This document shows positions 41,161 to 55,539 of a stretch of 64,000 nt of DNA, one piece after another. The position numbers and the translations under genes were made by a program. The notes under the pieces were generated by a model that searched no databases, was not told the DNA's origin, and saw only the letters and a program-made list of their open reading frames with translations. Position 1 is the stretch's first letter, and the number at the start of each line of letters is the position of its first letter. Origin of the DNA: Carcharhinus longimanus (lineage: Eukaryota); NCBI GenBank assembly GCA_030264375.1, contig JASCQW010000132.1, forward strand, positions 82,098,231 through 82,162,230, read 5' to 3'.

Positions 41161-41494
41161 GACTTGGTTAAGCACGATTCCCCTTTTACAAAACCATCTT
41201 AGGCCACCCCAGCCCACCCATAATGTTTTAGAGTGGAGACGATACCTGGCATTGCCACATTAGATGCGAGGGCAGATAGCCAAAGTTTGGTCAAAAACAC
41301 AAGTTAAAGAAATGTCTTAAAACGAGAACAATCAGAAAGGGGGAATTCAAAAACGTAGGGCTTTGGATGCTGTGCTCTAAAGGATGCAATTTATATAAGA
41401 GTAGAACCCTACCATCATTTAATCAGAATTGAGCTGGGATTTATTCACAATGTGTATAAAATTGGTCCAAATGTCAGTGATAGAGAGATTAGGT

Positions 41495-41880
41495 TGAAAC
41501 AACTTGCATTGATACGTTGTTATATAATAATATTCTGCATTGCCCCCACCATTTCCCAGGAGCGTAATCTGACAATAGTTGACATATAGATAAAGAAAAT
41601 GGCATCCAGACCAAAAGCTTATTTAGGGTGTTAGGTTGTTTGAAGCTCCTTAAATAAAACAGAAGGGCAGAAATGGCAAGGTTTGCAGAGGAAATTTTAG
41701 AACTTAAGGACTACACTGCTGAAGTGGCAAACAAAGTGAAATACACACACAACAGGTAAATATTGGAGGAATGCAGTTTTCTGAAGGTTTGAGGTGATTG
41801 GAATTTTAGGTGGGACCATGGAGAGGTTGAATAAAGGGCGAGACATTTTAAATCATTGGAAGATCAGTCTTGATGAATTA
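41495..41880 (-). mobile_element. L2 3' remnant
   Basis: AACAACTTGCATT tail and similarity to 20135-20300. Confidence 0.5.
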
Positions 41881-42429
41881 TCTTTCATTTTCTTTTGGAT
41901 CCCACCAACGTCCCCATTATCAAAAGTAACTGCAACGAGACAGTCCCTGTCTGAAAATGGATAACTTCAGTTTCATTCCCAAAGAGAATGCCAACATTTT
42001 CCTGAAGCTTTGGTGAAAGCAGTTGTAATACTCTAGTATACTACATGCTGTAGTCAGGTAATTTGCTTTCTACAAAATTGGAATGGAACAAGTTGATTTT
42101 ATATCTAGGCATTAATTCACCAGGTAGAGATTTGAAAGCACCAGTCAATTGCATTGACTTGCATAGAAAGAGCTTGTAAATTAATTTGCATTTAAGAATC
42201 ACTCTTGCTACTCTCAAAGGCTAGAATCAGAAAATGGGCATCTTTATTTAATAGTCCTCTATCTTGAGGTTACCCTATTAGTTCATCATAATCATTAGCT
42301 GTCCAATCAAGACAGTTCTGTGATGGAATGCTCCAAACCTGTCTTCTGCATTTTTCTTCAATTTCAGGAGAAGGTTTTTAGGGGATCCAGATCCATTCTT
42401 TTCCCCTTAAACTGCACATACAATTATCA

Positions 42430-42715
42430 TGTGGAGATGCCAGTATTGGACTGGGGTAAACACAGTAAAAAGTCTCACAACACCAGGGTAAAGTCCAACA
42501 GGTTTATTTGTTAGCACAAGCCACTAGCTTTCAGAGCGCTGCCCCTTCATCAGGTGAGTGGGTTCTCAATGGGCATAAACAGACAAACTCAATTTACAAA
42601 ATAATGGTTGGAATGTGAGTTTTTACAGGTAAAGAAGTCTTAAAAAGGTACAATGTGAGTGGAGAGGGAGTTAAGTACAAGTTAAAGATGTATATTGTCT
42701 CTAGCCAGGACAATT
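42430..42715 (-). mobile_element. Penelope-like element 3'/pseudo-LTR fragment
   Basis: GTGGAGATGCCAGTATTGGACTGGGGTAAACACAGTAA..AAAGTCCAACAGGTTTATTTG, with an embedded hammerhead core. Confidence 0.65.
42515..42556 (-). ncRNA. Minimal hammerhead ribozyme motif (PLE type)
   Basis: Minus strand CAC-CUGAUGA-AGGG[GCAGCG]CUCU-GAAA-GC[UAGUG]GC-UU-GUG: both conserved boxes, stems I, II and III, and NUH=CUU. Confidence 0.6.
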
Positions 42716-44749
42716 ATTCTATACAATTACTGTACAGAACACAAACCATTTAGCTCAAAGAGTCTAGTTCAGATGCTTATAATTCATGCAAACCTCCTCC
42801 TTCTCTAATTACCTTTCCCACTAGCCCCTATCCCTCTCTCCATGAATGCATCAGGCCTCTCCTTGTATCAATGCTATCTACTTCAATTATTTCATGTGGC
42901 AACAAGTTTAATATACTCACTGCTCCAAAAATAAATTCCTCCTTAAATTCTTTATTTGATCTTTTTTTCCCCATATTTTGTTGGTGTGCTTTCAGTCTGG
43001 ATTCATCTGGAAGTGGAAATTTTTTTTCAACTAGATGCCTTCATAAATTTGGAAGTCTCTTATCAGGTCTCCTCCAAATCTAGTCTTTGCCAGATAACAG
43101 AGTCACTTTCTACTCAGTTTTTCGAAAACTGAATTTTACAAATGGTGATAGCCAGTTAGACTACCATGAATGTACGAACTTTAAAAACTATCCACTTTAC
43201 CCTGACCTTCTAACATCTTTTAAACTTCACTTTCAAACTGCTGCGCTACCCCACTCCTTCCCATCATAGTTCCACGAGCATGCCTGGGACATCAGGTCTT
43301 TGTAGCTCTCTTCATAAAAATATTTTCTCAATTCTTCTAATTACCTTAACCTTCTACCATCTGGTTACCAACTTAATCAGAACAAGTAGTTCTGAGTAGT
43401 ACTGCTATCTAAACCCCACGTTTTAAAACCAGGATTGCCTCCTAACACTTTGAGAAAGAATGCTTTCTCCTTGATCACCAATATCATTTTGGTGAACCTC
43501 TGGTTTGCCTAAAAGGGCCTCGGCATCCATCCTGAAGTAAATGGATCAGCCAAACATTTATTTCAATTGCGGGCTATTTTACATTCTCTATTTTCAAATA
43601 AGATCACAAATCAGAGAGGCTACATGGTGTAGTTTTTAGAAACAGGATCTTTCTAGTGCTTCATTTTGGTAATTAGGATGTGAAGTTGTAACCAATTTGA
43701 TCAAGTTTTGCTCAGACACGTTCACATGCTTCCATTTAAGTTTTGCTATTTGCCAAGATGCAGATCTACATTTGTTCAAATTCTCTGTACCGCAGGCTTC
43801 AGCAATACATTTTTTTCTTGAATTTCAAAAGGAAGTTAAAAGTATTAATATTCAGTACAAGTGTTTTCAAATCTGAATTAAACAAATCAGATTACAATTG
43901 GACAATAAACTAAGATTTGATTTCAGGCTGGGCTCAAAAGATTTCGATATAAACAGCATTCAAGACTTCTGATTACAAGATATTTAAATCAAATTTACAA
44001 GTTCATAAAACTCAGTCCATTCATTTAAAGTTTCAAATTTATACCAAACTCAAATGACAAATAAATGAAATTCAGAAAGTGCAGAATCTAAATTATTCAC
44101 TGATTTGTTACAAGCCATTTTACATTGCAACTTTTTCTTGTGAAATTACTAATCTGAATGAAAATCAAAGATCATACTCTGGGTCTCGACTTGACAAATT
44201 CTGCAAACATTTACAATTTAATCATTTTAATCTGCAACATGCCAGGCAAGCCTATAAGTAAAAAGCACAACACTTAAATACAAACCATCTTCAAGACAAA
44301 CTGGAGGTAGATTTAGTTTTTGAAAAATCACATTTGTTCATGATCAATTTACTTTTAGATTTAAATCTGTCTTGAGATTTGATTGGAAATGCATCACAAT
44401 TCAGAATTTTCTCCAAAACTTCTACAGGACAAGTTATTTACATTAAAAAGTACATATTGTGAAACGCAATTTTGAAAGTGCAACCACTGAAGAGGCAAAC
44501 GATAGAAACCATTTTGGGTTGGTGTATTCCATGTAGGTAATCCCCAAAAATACAAGCCTTCTCCACAATAGCGAAATGTCTCAAGGGATTTCCTCAGAAA
44601 GATCTCTACTGTTTAGGGGAGTGACTAAAAACACACTTCTTGGTCCATTACTTCCAAGACACTTTTGAAAACAATGCAAAGGGATTTAAGTTTAGGGCAA
44701 AGAATCCTAGAGGTTCTACCACCTGTGCTAGTGAACAGAGGTCAGTTAT

Positions 44750-45530
44750 AGCATAGAAACAGGAGCTGGCCATTCCACCCCTTGAGCCTTTTCCACTATT
44801 CAGATTAGACCATGGTTGATCTGAACTTCATGTAATGGCTGCAGCACAGAATGCAGTGTGCTATGTGCATACCAGCTCTCTGCAATCGCAACTCAACCAG
44901 TCTAAACCCCACCTTTCAGGCAGTGTACTACAAATTCTAGCCCTTCCTTCTTTTGTCAATCATTTTAAATCTTTGTCCTTTGGTTCAGCTGCATGGCTTA
45001 AACCCATCATGATTTAACACTTTCATCAAATCCCCTCTCAAACTTTTCTGTTTTGAGAGTAGCTCCTAGCTTTTCAAATCTAGAGGTACCTGAAGTCTCA
45101 TTCCTGGAACCACTCAAAATCCTTTACAACACCCTTGTTTCTCTAGTCACAGAAGTATCAGAATTGGACACAATGTACTAGAGTGGAGGCCAGCCCAGTA
45201 TTTTGTAAGGGATCATTGTACTATCCTTGTTTTTGTAGTCTTTGCCTCAATTTATAAAGCGTAGGATCTCTATACCTTATTCTCCACATTCACATCTGTC
45301 CTGCCACTTTAAATTTGTGCACATATGCTCCAGGTATCTCTACTGCAGTATCTGTGAGGAATTGTGCCCTTTCTTATATTGCCTCTCCTTCTTACAAAGT
45401 GCAACACCTCACTTCTCTGCATTAAACTTAATCTATCGTGTCAGCCCATTATGTCCTTTTGAAGTCCATCATCATCATCTTCCTCTTCAAAATTATGAAG
45501 TGCTTCCTAATTTTGTTGCTCAATTTACCC
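44750..45530 (-). mobile_element. Degraded CR1 fragments
   Basis: AGGAGCTGGCCATTCCACCCCTTGAGCC tail and decayed body. Confidence 0.5.
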
Positions 45531-47874
45531 AGCTCTTTGCCCTTATATATTCATCTTCCAGAAGAAATAGTTTCTCTTATCTACTCTAATGAATCCTTAC
45601 CATTTTAACTATTTCCATTAGGTCAGCCTCCAATCTATTAAACAATAAAAATGAATTTTATGCTACACAGCTCATAACTGGAACACTGAACTTCAGTCTG
45701 ATTAATCAACCCCATACCTCCCAAGATCAATATATTTTTCCTGAGATTCAGCACCCAAAACTGATCCCAATTTGAGCGAAATCTTCTCTGAACTGAAATA
45801 GCATCTACCCTTTGTATTTCATCCCTTGGGATAAGGTTAACATTTCATTAGACTCCTTAAATGATTTTCTTCTACTAGTGCACTAGCTCTAGCGATTTGT
45901 GTTAATGGACACCAGGAACACAGGCTGGAGAGGGGTGTCAGGGCTGGACAGGTTGCAAAGCTATAAAGGAATTTGTAAATGATGATTGAGGGTATTGCTG
46001 GAGTGGTTGTGTTGCAAAGGTAGCATAGATTAATTTTCCACAACTACAGGCACTGAAGGATGCAAAAGACCAAGGATAAACATTTTGTTTAATCAAATTC
46101 TGCTTAATACTATCTTTGAAGTACCCTGGCTTGTTTTACTATATTAAAAGACAAAAAAAATGTTGTCACAATCAGGATTCTGAGAGATAGAGCAGGGTAG
46201 CAAAAGCAAAGCCAGATGAGTTATATTTTCAACTATCCATCAGTCTCAAAGGCTTCAAGTGAACAATGCCCACTTAAACAAGTTGCTAAAGAGTCCTAGG
46301 CACTTGGTAAAATCTTACTCCATCAAGAAAGAAATGGGATGGGAGGAACAAAAGAAATAAGGGAGACATTTAAAGAACAAAAACACACCCAAGGCTAAAG
46401 ATGGGCCAGTTATTGAATGGTCAGTGTGTACACAATTGTTCCTGCCAATTTTAATAGCAAATACAACAACTTGCATTTATATAGCCCATTTAACATCTCA
46501 AACCAATTCAAATTTGACAAAATGGAACCTAGAAATTAAACCTTAATGCTACGTTTATATATTTTGTAGAAAGTTCAGAAAAAAATTGAACGAATGTATT
46601 ATTAAATACTCTATAGCTAGTTTAAATACAACTTAATATCCTTCTATACAAAATCTTAAATTATGAATGAATTTCAGTCTTCATAAAGAGGTCATGGGTG
46701 CTGAAATTTTCTTTCTGGAAATAACTTTACAACCAGTACACAATTTTTAACCAGGTCCCAAGAAACTTAAATTTAAAAAGGAAAACTTCAAATTCAGCCA
46801 TTTTAATGCAGAAATCATTCTGAAGCAGTTTGAATTTGAGAAATGTAGTTATTCTTGGGATGCATTACCAGCATTTAATATCAAGATAACAAACTGTTAA
46901 AATGAATTGAATTTTAGAGCAAACATTTAAATACAAGAAATCAATAAACCCATCCAACTTTTAAGGAAGTCNNNNNNNNNNAGGAAGTCTGAGGTACATC
47001 AGTAACTTGGGTTGATTTACCTAGCCTTAGCCACAGCAGCAGTCAAGTCTTACAATTGATCTTGGTGCCCCTAGTTTACAGGAGAAAGCACAGCCAGTAA
47101 ACTGGCTCCCAAACATGATCAGGTGACCCTTGCTGAAAGCATACGATAGAGACAAGATCAAGTTCAGCTGAGATTTCCCCATTTGATTAGCCCGTCAGCA
47201 CTTGCATCATGTTGAGGTGCTCAAAACTGCCTAGTGCAATTACACCCTGGCATTAAAAACAAGATCTTGCATTACATAGTATTTTTAAAACATAGTACAA
47301 GGTGTATCAAAAAGAAAACTCAAGGCACACAATAGGATAGATAATCCAAAGTTTGGGCAAAGAGGCAGGATTTAAAGAACCTCTGATAAGGAAGAGGNNN
47401 NNNNNNNNNNNNNNNNNNNNNNNNNNNNNNNNNNNNNNNNNNNNNNNNNNNNNNNNNNNNNNNNNNNNNNNNNNNNNNNNNNNNNNNNNNNNNNNNNAGA
47501 GGAACAATGGTTTGGGGAGGGAATAAGCAAATGTTTTCAGTAGAGAAGGTGAAACTGAGCACAAAAACAAGCTTGATATTAAGTTAAATTTATTTTAATA
47601 CTAACATTAATTTTTCTACATTAGTCTGTTTAATCAGGAATATATTGATTACATTAATCATATTAGATGACCTTTCAATCTTTTGGAATAAAAGATCAAA
47701 CTTGTGACTAGCAATTTGAAGTGCAACAGCAAATCCAATTTTATCTTGGGTTTTAAAAGTTACAACATGTAGATTAAAATTGAACAGAACTTCAAATTCA
47801 GGAAAGCAGCACATCAACTTTTGCCACTTGTATTTTAATATTTCAGCAGCTGTTATGATTGAACTATATAAAAG

Positions 47875-47973
47875 TGACTCATTCTTAAGAATAGATTTAA
47901 AGTGATTCATTTTTAAGAATAGGTTTAAGAATCATAGAACTATCTTATGACTCATTCTTCAGAACAGGTTAAA
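47875..47973 (+). repeat. Three copies of a ~26-bp unit
   Basis: TGACTCATTCTTAAGAATAGATTTAA / TGATTCATTTTTAAGAATAGGTTTAA / TGACTCATTCTTCAGAACAGGTTAAA. Confidence 0.8.
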
Positions 47974-50900
47974 GACATATCCTCCTTTACCTTCTCTACG
48001 GCCAGTGGCAAAATTTCATGTAGCATACAACTCTAGTAGTCAGTCACAGAAAAAGAAAACTGTGCCATTTGCACCTTACAATTTAAAATTTGTTCAAAGT
48101 GCATATCATTTCATTTCCAAAGTAGATAATTTTTAAATATTGCCACGATCTGCAGAGAGCACATTTAAAAAATCCCTTCAAATTAACTATTTTCTAAAAC
48201 TAATCACCATTTTATTGTGAGACATTTGGATTGTAAGTGAACAGAAAGCTAAATTTTATTGCAGTAAAACTGGTACATTTTGCTGACTTAAGCCAATTTG
48301 CTTACAATAATGGATACAACTATTTCAAATTACATGCATTCTAAAAACACGTTTACAAGTTACAGTACAGTTCATTTCAATTCATTGTGTACAGAGTGAA
48401 GTTTGACAAACACGAGAAATCTCAAAAATCACATCAGGTATTTGGGCTTTTTGACAAGATTTTTAAATTCAATTAAAGACTGAATGATTTGTAGGCTGCA
48501 TTTTCATTCCCATGTAATAAGTTATGCATGTCTAAAAGGTTGCAAATAGATCATCTTTGTATTGTAATGAAAGGATTCATAAATCACTTTTTACAGATGG
48601 ATTGTATAGACGACAAATATTATATAATTTTGCTGTCTTTACAAAGCTAGAACTCTAGTTTTGATTTCTTTCAAATTGCTGTGTCAAGTATTAATCTAAA
48701 CATTTAAAATATTCTATTAGTCAGTTTACAGAAATGTGTGCAGATTCCCAGAGTTTGAAATTCTTAATATTCAACAGTCAACAAGAGTCTGAAGAGTTGA
48801 AGGTATTGATATTTATCAATTCAGTAAAAGGACAAATCGCATTTCTGAATATAGATGAATGTTAACTGAAATTATATAGGTCATGATTCAGCTTTTTGTT
48901 AAACAATGTATTTGGTGTCCAGAAATCCCAGCAGGCATGAAGAATGCCACTTAACCATGTAATTAAATGAATACAAAGTTTTAAGAGAGTACTTACATCT
49001 TTAATATTAAATAGCTATGGCAATATAATCATCATTTCAATATTAGTAAATACAAAACATCACATACATTAACCTGTGCCACTTATTTTAGAATTTTGAT
49101 CTTGTTTGTACTGTATGCGCAACATACAAGTGAAGAAGAAAAGGCAGGTAAACATAACCAATTTTCAGGGGTTAAGAGAATGTAACTATACTCCGAACCA
49201 TCAAGCTCAAGACTGTTATAAAATAAACTCAAGCAGAAGTTAGAACACCTTTGTTATATTGTGACTTTCAGTTTTATAATTGTTAAGCTACATTGTAATT
49301 AATAGTTGTATAGTGTCCTGTGGTGCACCATTAATTTTTGGACTGTTCTATTATGCATAACATTAGCAAAGAACACCAACACATGTTTTCATTGTCCAGT
49401 GTCACATCAGATATGGCTCATCAGTTCAATGCACAGCTGTATATTGGAAGATTTCTAAATTAGATTTTAATACAACTTCAATACTGCTGAATTAAAAACC
49501 TGACACAAAGATTCAAAATATAAGCTATATTACGATGCATCTATCAAGTGATCGTCCATAGGTATTGTATTCTACAACTTCTGCTCTAAATATTGTTTTG
49601 TTTTATTACCACAGTGATTTTCAGAAATGTCAAACATGATCAAATCATGCAAAAACTAGATATATCAAAACGAATCAAACAGATTTTGAAGTTGTTACTA
49701 AATTGCACTTTACCTGAACCATAATCATGTACCTTTCTTAGATTAAATTTACCAGTTCAGAATGGTAATATTCGTTTGGAAACTTGTATAAAAACTATAC
49801 ATCACATTTGCAACTGACAGTAACACCACATCCATAAGTGGCACTTTCCACATATTCTACACATCTAAGAAAGGAACATGGTTATGCTTCAGGTGAAGTG
49901 CAGTTAGTAACAAATTAATCAAAATTGTTACCAAGATTAGCCACTCCCATGTTAACAGTTGGCCATTAAAAACCAACCCACACCATTTATTACTAGTAAG
50001 CAAAATTTTTCACTTATTTTAGTTGCAGTCATTTGCTCATTCCTGCAATGTCTCAATGACTACCATGGGTACGCTGTGAAGCTCAAAATAGACAGAAAAG
50101 ATAGTTTGCATCTGCTTTTGCCAGATTTCTGGTACAAATGAAGAAATTGATTCCCTGTCACTCAAAAGATGTCCTCAATGTAAGAAACATTCTTAAAGCT
50201 TTCTTTGAGCCAAGAAATTTGTGCTCCATTCATGGTTTTAAAAAATCACCATGCACACTTTCCTGATTGAACCCAAAATTTAGAAATTTAGCACAGTTAA
50301 ATATTGAGTTAAAAAAAAATCCCAAAACATTGGACCAAGTATGTTAATAGTGGTGCAGGGAAAAATCAAAACTTTAGACCACACAAGAGCAACTCTCCAC
50401 AGAAATGTTATTGCAGTCAGCCTGGATCCAGGAATTTGATCCAATTTCTATTGCCCCATCCCCTAAAATAATTTTGATCAATTAGATCCAATACACGGTT
50501 AAACACGAGCGCATAATGTTAGGTCTCATTGAATTTAAAGACAACACTAAAGTTAACTGTAGGAAATTTGTAACGGAAATAAGCCACAGATTGAAATTAA
50601 ATACATACAAGGTGAACAATTAAACCAGTTTCAAAATATAATGAAGAGTTGTTAAGCTGTTTGAGTCAATATACTGAATAAACGTGTCAGATTATACTGG
50701 CCATCCTCTCTGCATTTAGCAAATTGTTGTTCTAAGGCTGCACCACAGCACAGACACTTCTATCCAGAATTAAGAGTTAAACATAACAGATTTATTATAT
50801 GCCATAAACAGCATTATGGAATGACATGGCATAAAACAAACTATTTCCACATTCTTAATGCCAAAATATCTACAAAACAAGAAAAACGATATTTGTGGTA

Positions 50901-53900
50901 GGAAATCACAGATACCCTAAACATGATTCAACAATCAAAAGCAGTTCAGCTGCCTAGTATGCAATGGCTGCCCTCTTTACTGATTGTAGTCAGAGGTCAA
51001 GGAGGAAGTAACCCTAGACAGAGGAAAGAACACCCACTACTTCACAGACATTTTTCATTACTTTACAGATACAGCAATCAATTTGGGCCTCAAGCTTCCC
51101 TTCTCCAAAATGCACATGAAGCAGGTTTTTTCTAAAAAAAAGTGTTTACAATTTCATTCCAGGAAAATAAATGACACTGTTTAGAGAATACTTTGTTCAT
51201 AAAGTATTACTCATATAGCTACCAAAATTCTTAAGACAGATTTTAACCCCAGGTGCAAGTGTCAGTTCTGTACCCATCCCCCCCAATACTAAACTGCCCG
51301 TTGTACAAATGACAGCAGGCTGTTTGCATAATCAGATTGTGAGCATGTACATTGTCCACTGGACACCAGCTGCTGTGACATCAAGTAAAGACCACAGATC
51401 TCGGCTACAAACATCAAAATGGGAGAGACATACACACGCTTCCCATATCATTCAAACTTGTGTATGTGAATAGGATCTCAGTTGGGAATTCATTAAACGA
51501 TTTTACAGTAACTGATTATAGATTTTCTCAATTTCTTTGTAATAATTTTGCCCTGCAAATACTAACTGAAAAAGAACCTGCGAAGCCAATAAATACGCAT
51601 AGTTTGGGTGTGCATTTTGAAAATTTAAAGCATATATTCAAACATGAGGCAGAAAAGACATCTTAAAAGGTTTAACCCTCCCCCATTACATACTCCCACC
51701 CTTCTATCAAGTAAGCTTTGACCATGCCCTCTCCAATAACAGTGTGCAGTCTTTCATCCTTTTAACGCTTCAGTAAGTGCTCTATGGCACCATATTCCCA
51801 ACCTGCCTTTCACAGCAGGTACAAAGGTCGCTTTTGCAATGGTGGGCGTACCCACGTCAGTTCTGAACGTTCCAACGCGAGCTGGAATGCAGTGACTGCT
51901 GGGCCCAAGAATTTCACTTTGAATAACAAATTAAGCACACTTTATCCTGATTGGTCCTCTGGCCTCAACACAACTTTATGGAAACCCTTACTAACACCAC
52001 CTCTTGACCTTTCTTTACGTGATGAGGATGTGGATTAGCAGTACCACACTCACTTTGCCTCCAAACCTCGAGGCAAAATGAACAAACGAGGGAAACTACT
52101 CGCTGCTCAACTATGCACATCAAGTCACAAGAGGAAAAAAACTAGATAATTCAAACTGAATTTCCCAATGAAACATGAAAAAAAATGCAGGACTTTGGCA
52201 TTTGGATAAATATGCACATTGTGCATTGATGAAAACTGAGCAGGAAGACCACAGTGAAACAGTTGCATATATCAATTGTTGGTCTGTTATTAGTAAAGCA
52301 AGCATTTCTCCCCCCATTTGCAAATTCTGGCCCGATCCAATGAACCCCTACAAAGCAATATTTGAAAAAAAAATTACATAAAGCAAAGTGGGAGAATGCA
52401 AATACCAAAAGGTATGTTCACTAATTCAGTTCTTCGGACCAAAGTGAATATTTGTGTAGGAAAGGCTTTAAGTACAGCTCACAGAATTCACATACCAGCT
52501 AACTGGGTGGGCTCCTGTACTGATACGTATGCAAGATTCCAAAAACTGCCATAGCAAAATGACTAAATAAAGTTAGCTGATCAATCTTATTTCACAACCA
52601 TTGATTTACATATGAATTTATCAGTCATAATGGACACAAGGAAGTTATATTCAAATATTAAATTGATCTTTGGGCAACTTATCTAGAGCAATCCATTTTT
52701 TTAAAAATCCACATATGCTTTTCAATATATACAACTTGTATTTATGTAGCATATTCACCAAGGCTTTGAATATTTTATACATATTTTCAAAGAAGTCAGA
52801 AAATGAAATGCTAATGTTTGGACTTACTAAAAGTGATACACATTACAAATATTTTAAACTTCAATTATGTTTGAATTATGTAAATGCACAGTGCATACCT
52901 CAATTTGGTTGTGGTCACAATTGATGGAGCCAAGAATTTCTTCAAACCCATTACAAATGATTATTAGAATTTGATCTGACTTTGTTAACTTTTCCCCTTC
53001 CTTCACCCCACATCCACCTCAAAAAATCAAGTCTTCTTTCCAAGAAGGCAACTGAATTTCATGCATTGACCTCAAACTCATAAGATTGGTATTTGATCTT
53101 AAGGCCTACAAAATAATACCCAAGTTATCAACTTACTGGGCCAGATTGCAAATAAGATTCTGGAAACCAAGCAACCTTTTGAAACACAACCTCTTTCTCA
53201 CTTGATATTTCACAAAACGTGTTAATGGTTGAGATATTTATTTTCAATTGTGATTCTTATGTCATACTACAGTACTGACGGGACACCAGCTGTAGAATGC
53301 ACAACGAGGCCAGACACGAGCTGTTGTGCAAACTACAAAAGCACACTACCTGCCAATAGAGCACTGCATGTCTTGGTTTATGTGTACCAAAGTTTCACTT
53401 CTCAAGGTAAAGTCTCCATTAGGAAAGACATACTTTCAATTTCCTCTTGCGTCCAGTATTCGTGTGTTTCATTTACATATGAAATCTTAGCGATCCAATG
53501 GATGACAACAGCAATTTTAAACCCTGCTTTTTACCCAGATTCAAGGTATCTTACTCAGAACTCAAGATGGCCTCTCGAGGAGACTGCATACTGCAGCATT
53601 TTAGTCTGCACACAAGTCACACTGGCAATTAATCCCAGGACTATGCTTCCACTTTCATATCTGTGCAAAGACATTTCAACTGCACACTAGCAATAAATGG
53701 ACACAACATCTTAAATTCAGGTTTCAGAAAATCCGACATGATAACTGTGTTTTCAAATTAAGTGTGCAATATGACCTATATTTCAGAATGTATTTACCAA
53801 TATGAAGTCCAAAATAACTCAAACAATGACTTTCTAGATCAAAACAAAGAATGGGCACAAGTTTTAAAAAGGTGATGCAAAAGCAAGAATCAAAAAGGTT

Positions 53901-55539
53901 GATACCACTCAGATTTTTTTAAACTCTTGCTAATAACTAAGCCATTCATGTGATAAAATGGTTAAAAAGTACAAGGATGAACCGTATGTACTCTTGAAAA
54001 TTTCAAGTTTTATCATGAAAGAGTAGAATGGACGAATCAACTTGCTTCACGACTATTCAATCTTTGCTTATTAAATCAAGAACTGCAATGCAAAATTAGT
54101 AAAATTAACAGAACAGTTGTACAGTTTCTACCCTACCTAATCAATTTTGATCATTAGATTGAGTTACTTTAAAAAGTGTTAAATTATACAAATCAGTCTC
54201 ATAATACATGGTATTATTCATGAAGTTACATCATTTACATAAGTTTTGGATTCAAGTCTTCATGCTCCTCAGTATTATCAATTCCTGGATTAGATTCAAA
54301 AATATAAAAAAAAACACTCAAAATTGATATTTTAGTCATGTTGCACTAATTAGCTACATAGACCATTGAATAAAAGTAGTGTGGACTGAGTTCAAAATGC
54401 TATATGGAAGAATGGAAGAGAAAAAGAATGTCAAGATAGGAAGTTACCTAAAGCCCCTTCCTCCCATACTAAATTTTGCCCTTTCAACCATTTGTATCTC
54501 TTAAATGTAGCAACCTCAAGGGGTAACCTCACAGGACTACAAAAAAGTCAAATTACATTAAGTAAAAGCTCCTGCAAACTTACTTTGAAGATGGGATAAA
54601 ATTGGTTTCATTTTAAATCATACGTTCAAAATTTGTTGTGCATAAAATCCTGGGGGGGGGGGAAGAGAGGAAAGCGGGGGACGATGAGGGCCACTAGAGA
54701 AAAAACATCACATCCTAGTCAAAAACAAAACCAGTAATTTGGCACAAGAAATGTAACCTATCACAAACCAATTCAACTTGTAGATCCATTTGAAACGCTA
54801 GAACCATTGGTGACTTTTTAAAAAATGCAACAGCTGACATTACTTTCTGAAGTAAGTGGTTTTAAGACAGCCTAAGACTCAAAAGACTGAAAAATTAATA
54901 TTTAACTCCAACTCCTGAAAAAGATAGAATGAACCTAGGATATTATATCATGTATGTTTGGGCAATAGCATTTTTGAATGATCCTCGTGCATTTAATTTT
55001 AAACTCGATGGAATAATCGATTGCATATTAACGTTTAAGCGAAACGCCTCAAAACATTTAAATGCTTTCCTTCCACATCACATCTCACCTAGTATACAAG
55101 AAAAAACATTCGATAGCGATTTTCGGATTTTTTTAAACTCAAATTGGGAACTTCTCACGTGTTTGTCGGTTAACATAATACAAGGCATCTCAGAGCATTT
55201 CCTGCTGACGCCCAAAACTTTTCAAAAATACTGCATCAAGGTCTTGGAGTTTGAGTTAAAAAGTTCTTTGGACTTCTCGAAGCAAATGCAGTTTTAATCA
55301 AATTCTCGCGCAATGGTTAAAAAAAAACAAGAAATTGATTATAAACAAAATACGAACCCAAAAATAGATACAAAGTAGCAAGTTCAAACGGAAACTAGAT
55401 GCTAAATTAAGCACATCATGTCCAGAAGCTCGTACGGTTTGTATAATATTTAATTCTAAACACATATCATTAATCAGACAGTTCTTGTATTTAATTCTAC
55501 CTGTGCGGATAGAAACCCGATACGAATTAAACCTTTTAC

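Noticed and set aside
47875-47973. CRISPR-like repeat-spacer array
   Set aside because: Vertebrate intron, only three degenerate copies, irregular spacing, no cas genes.
53229-53690. 153-aa plus-strand ORF
   Set aside because: Non-ATG start, no recognisable motif, antisense within an intron; probably chance.
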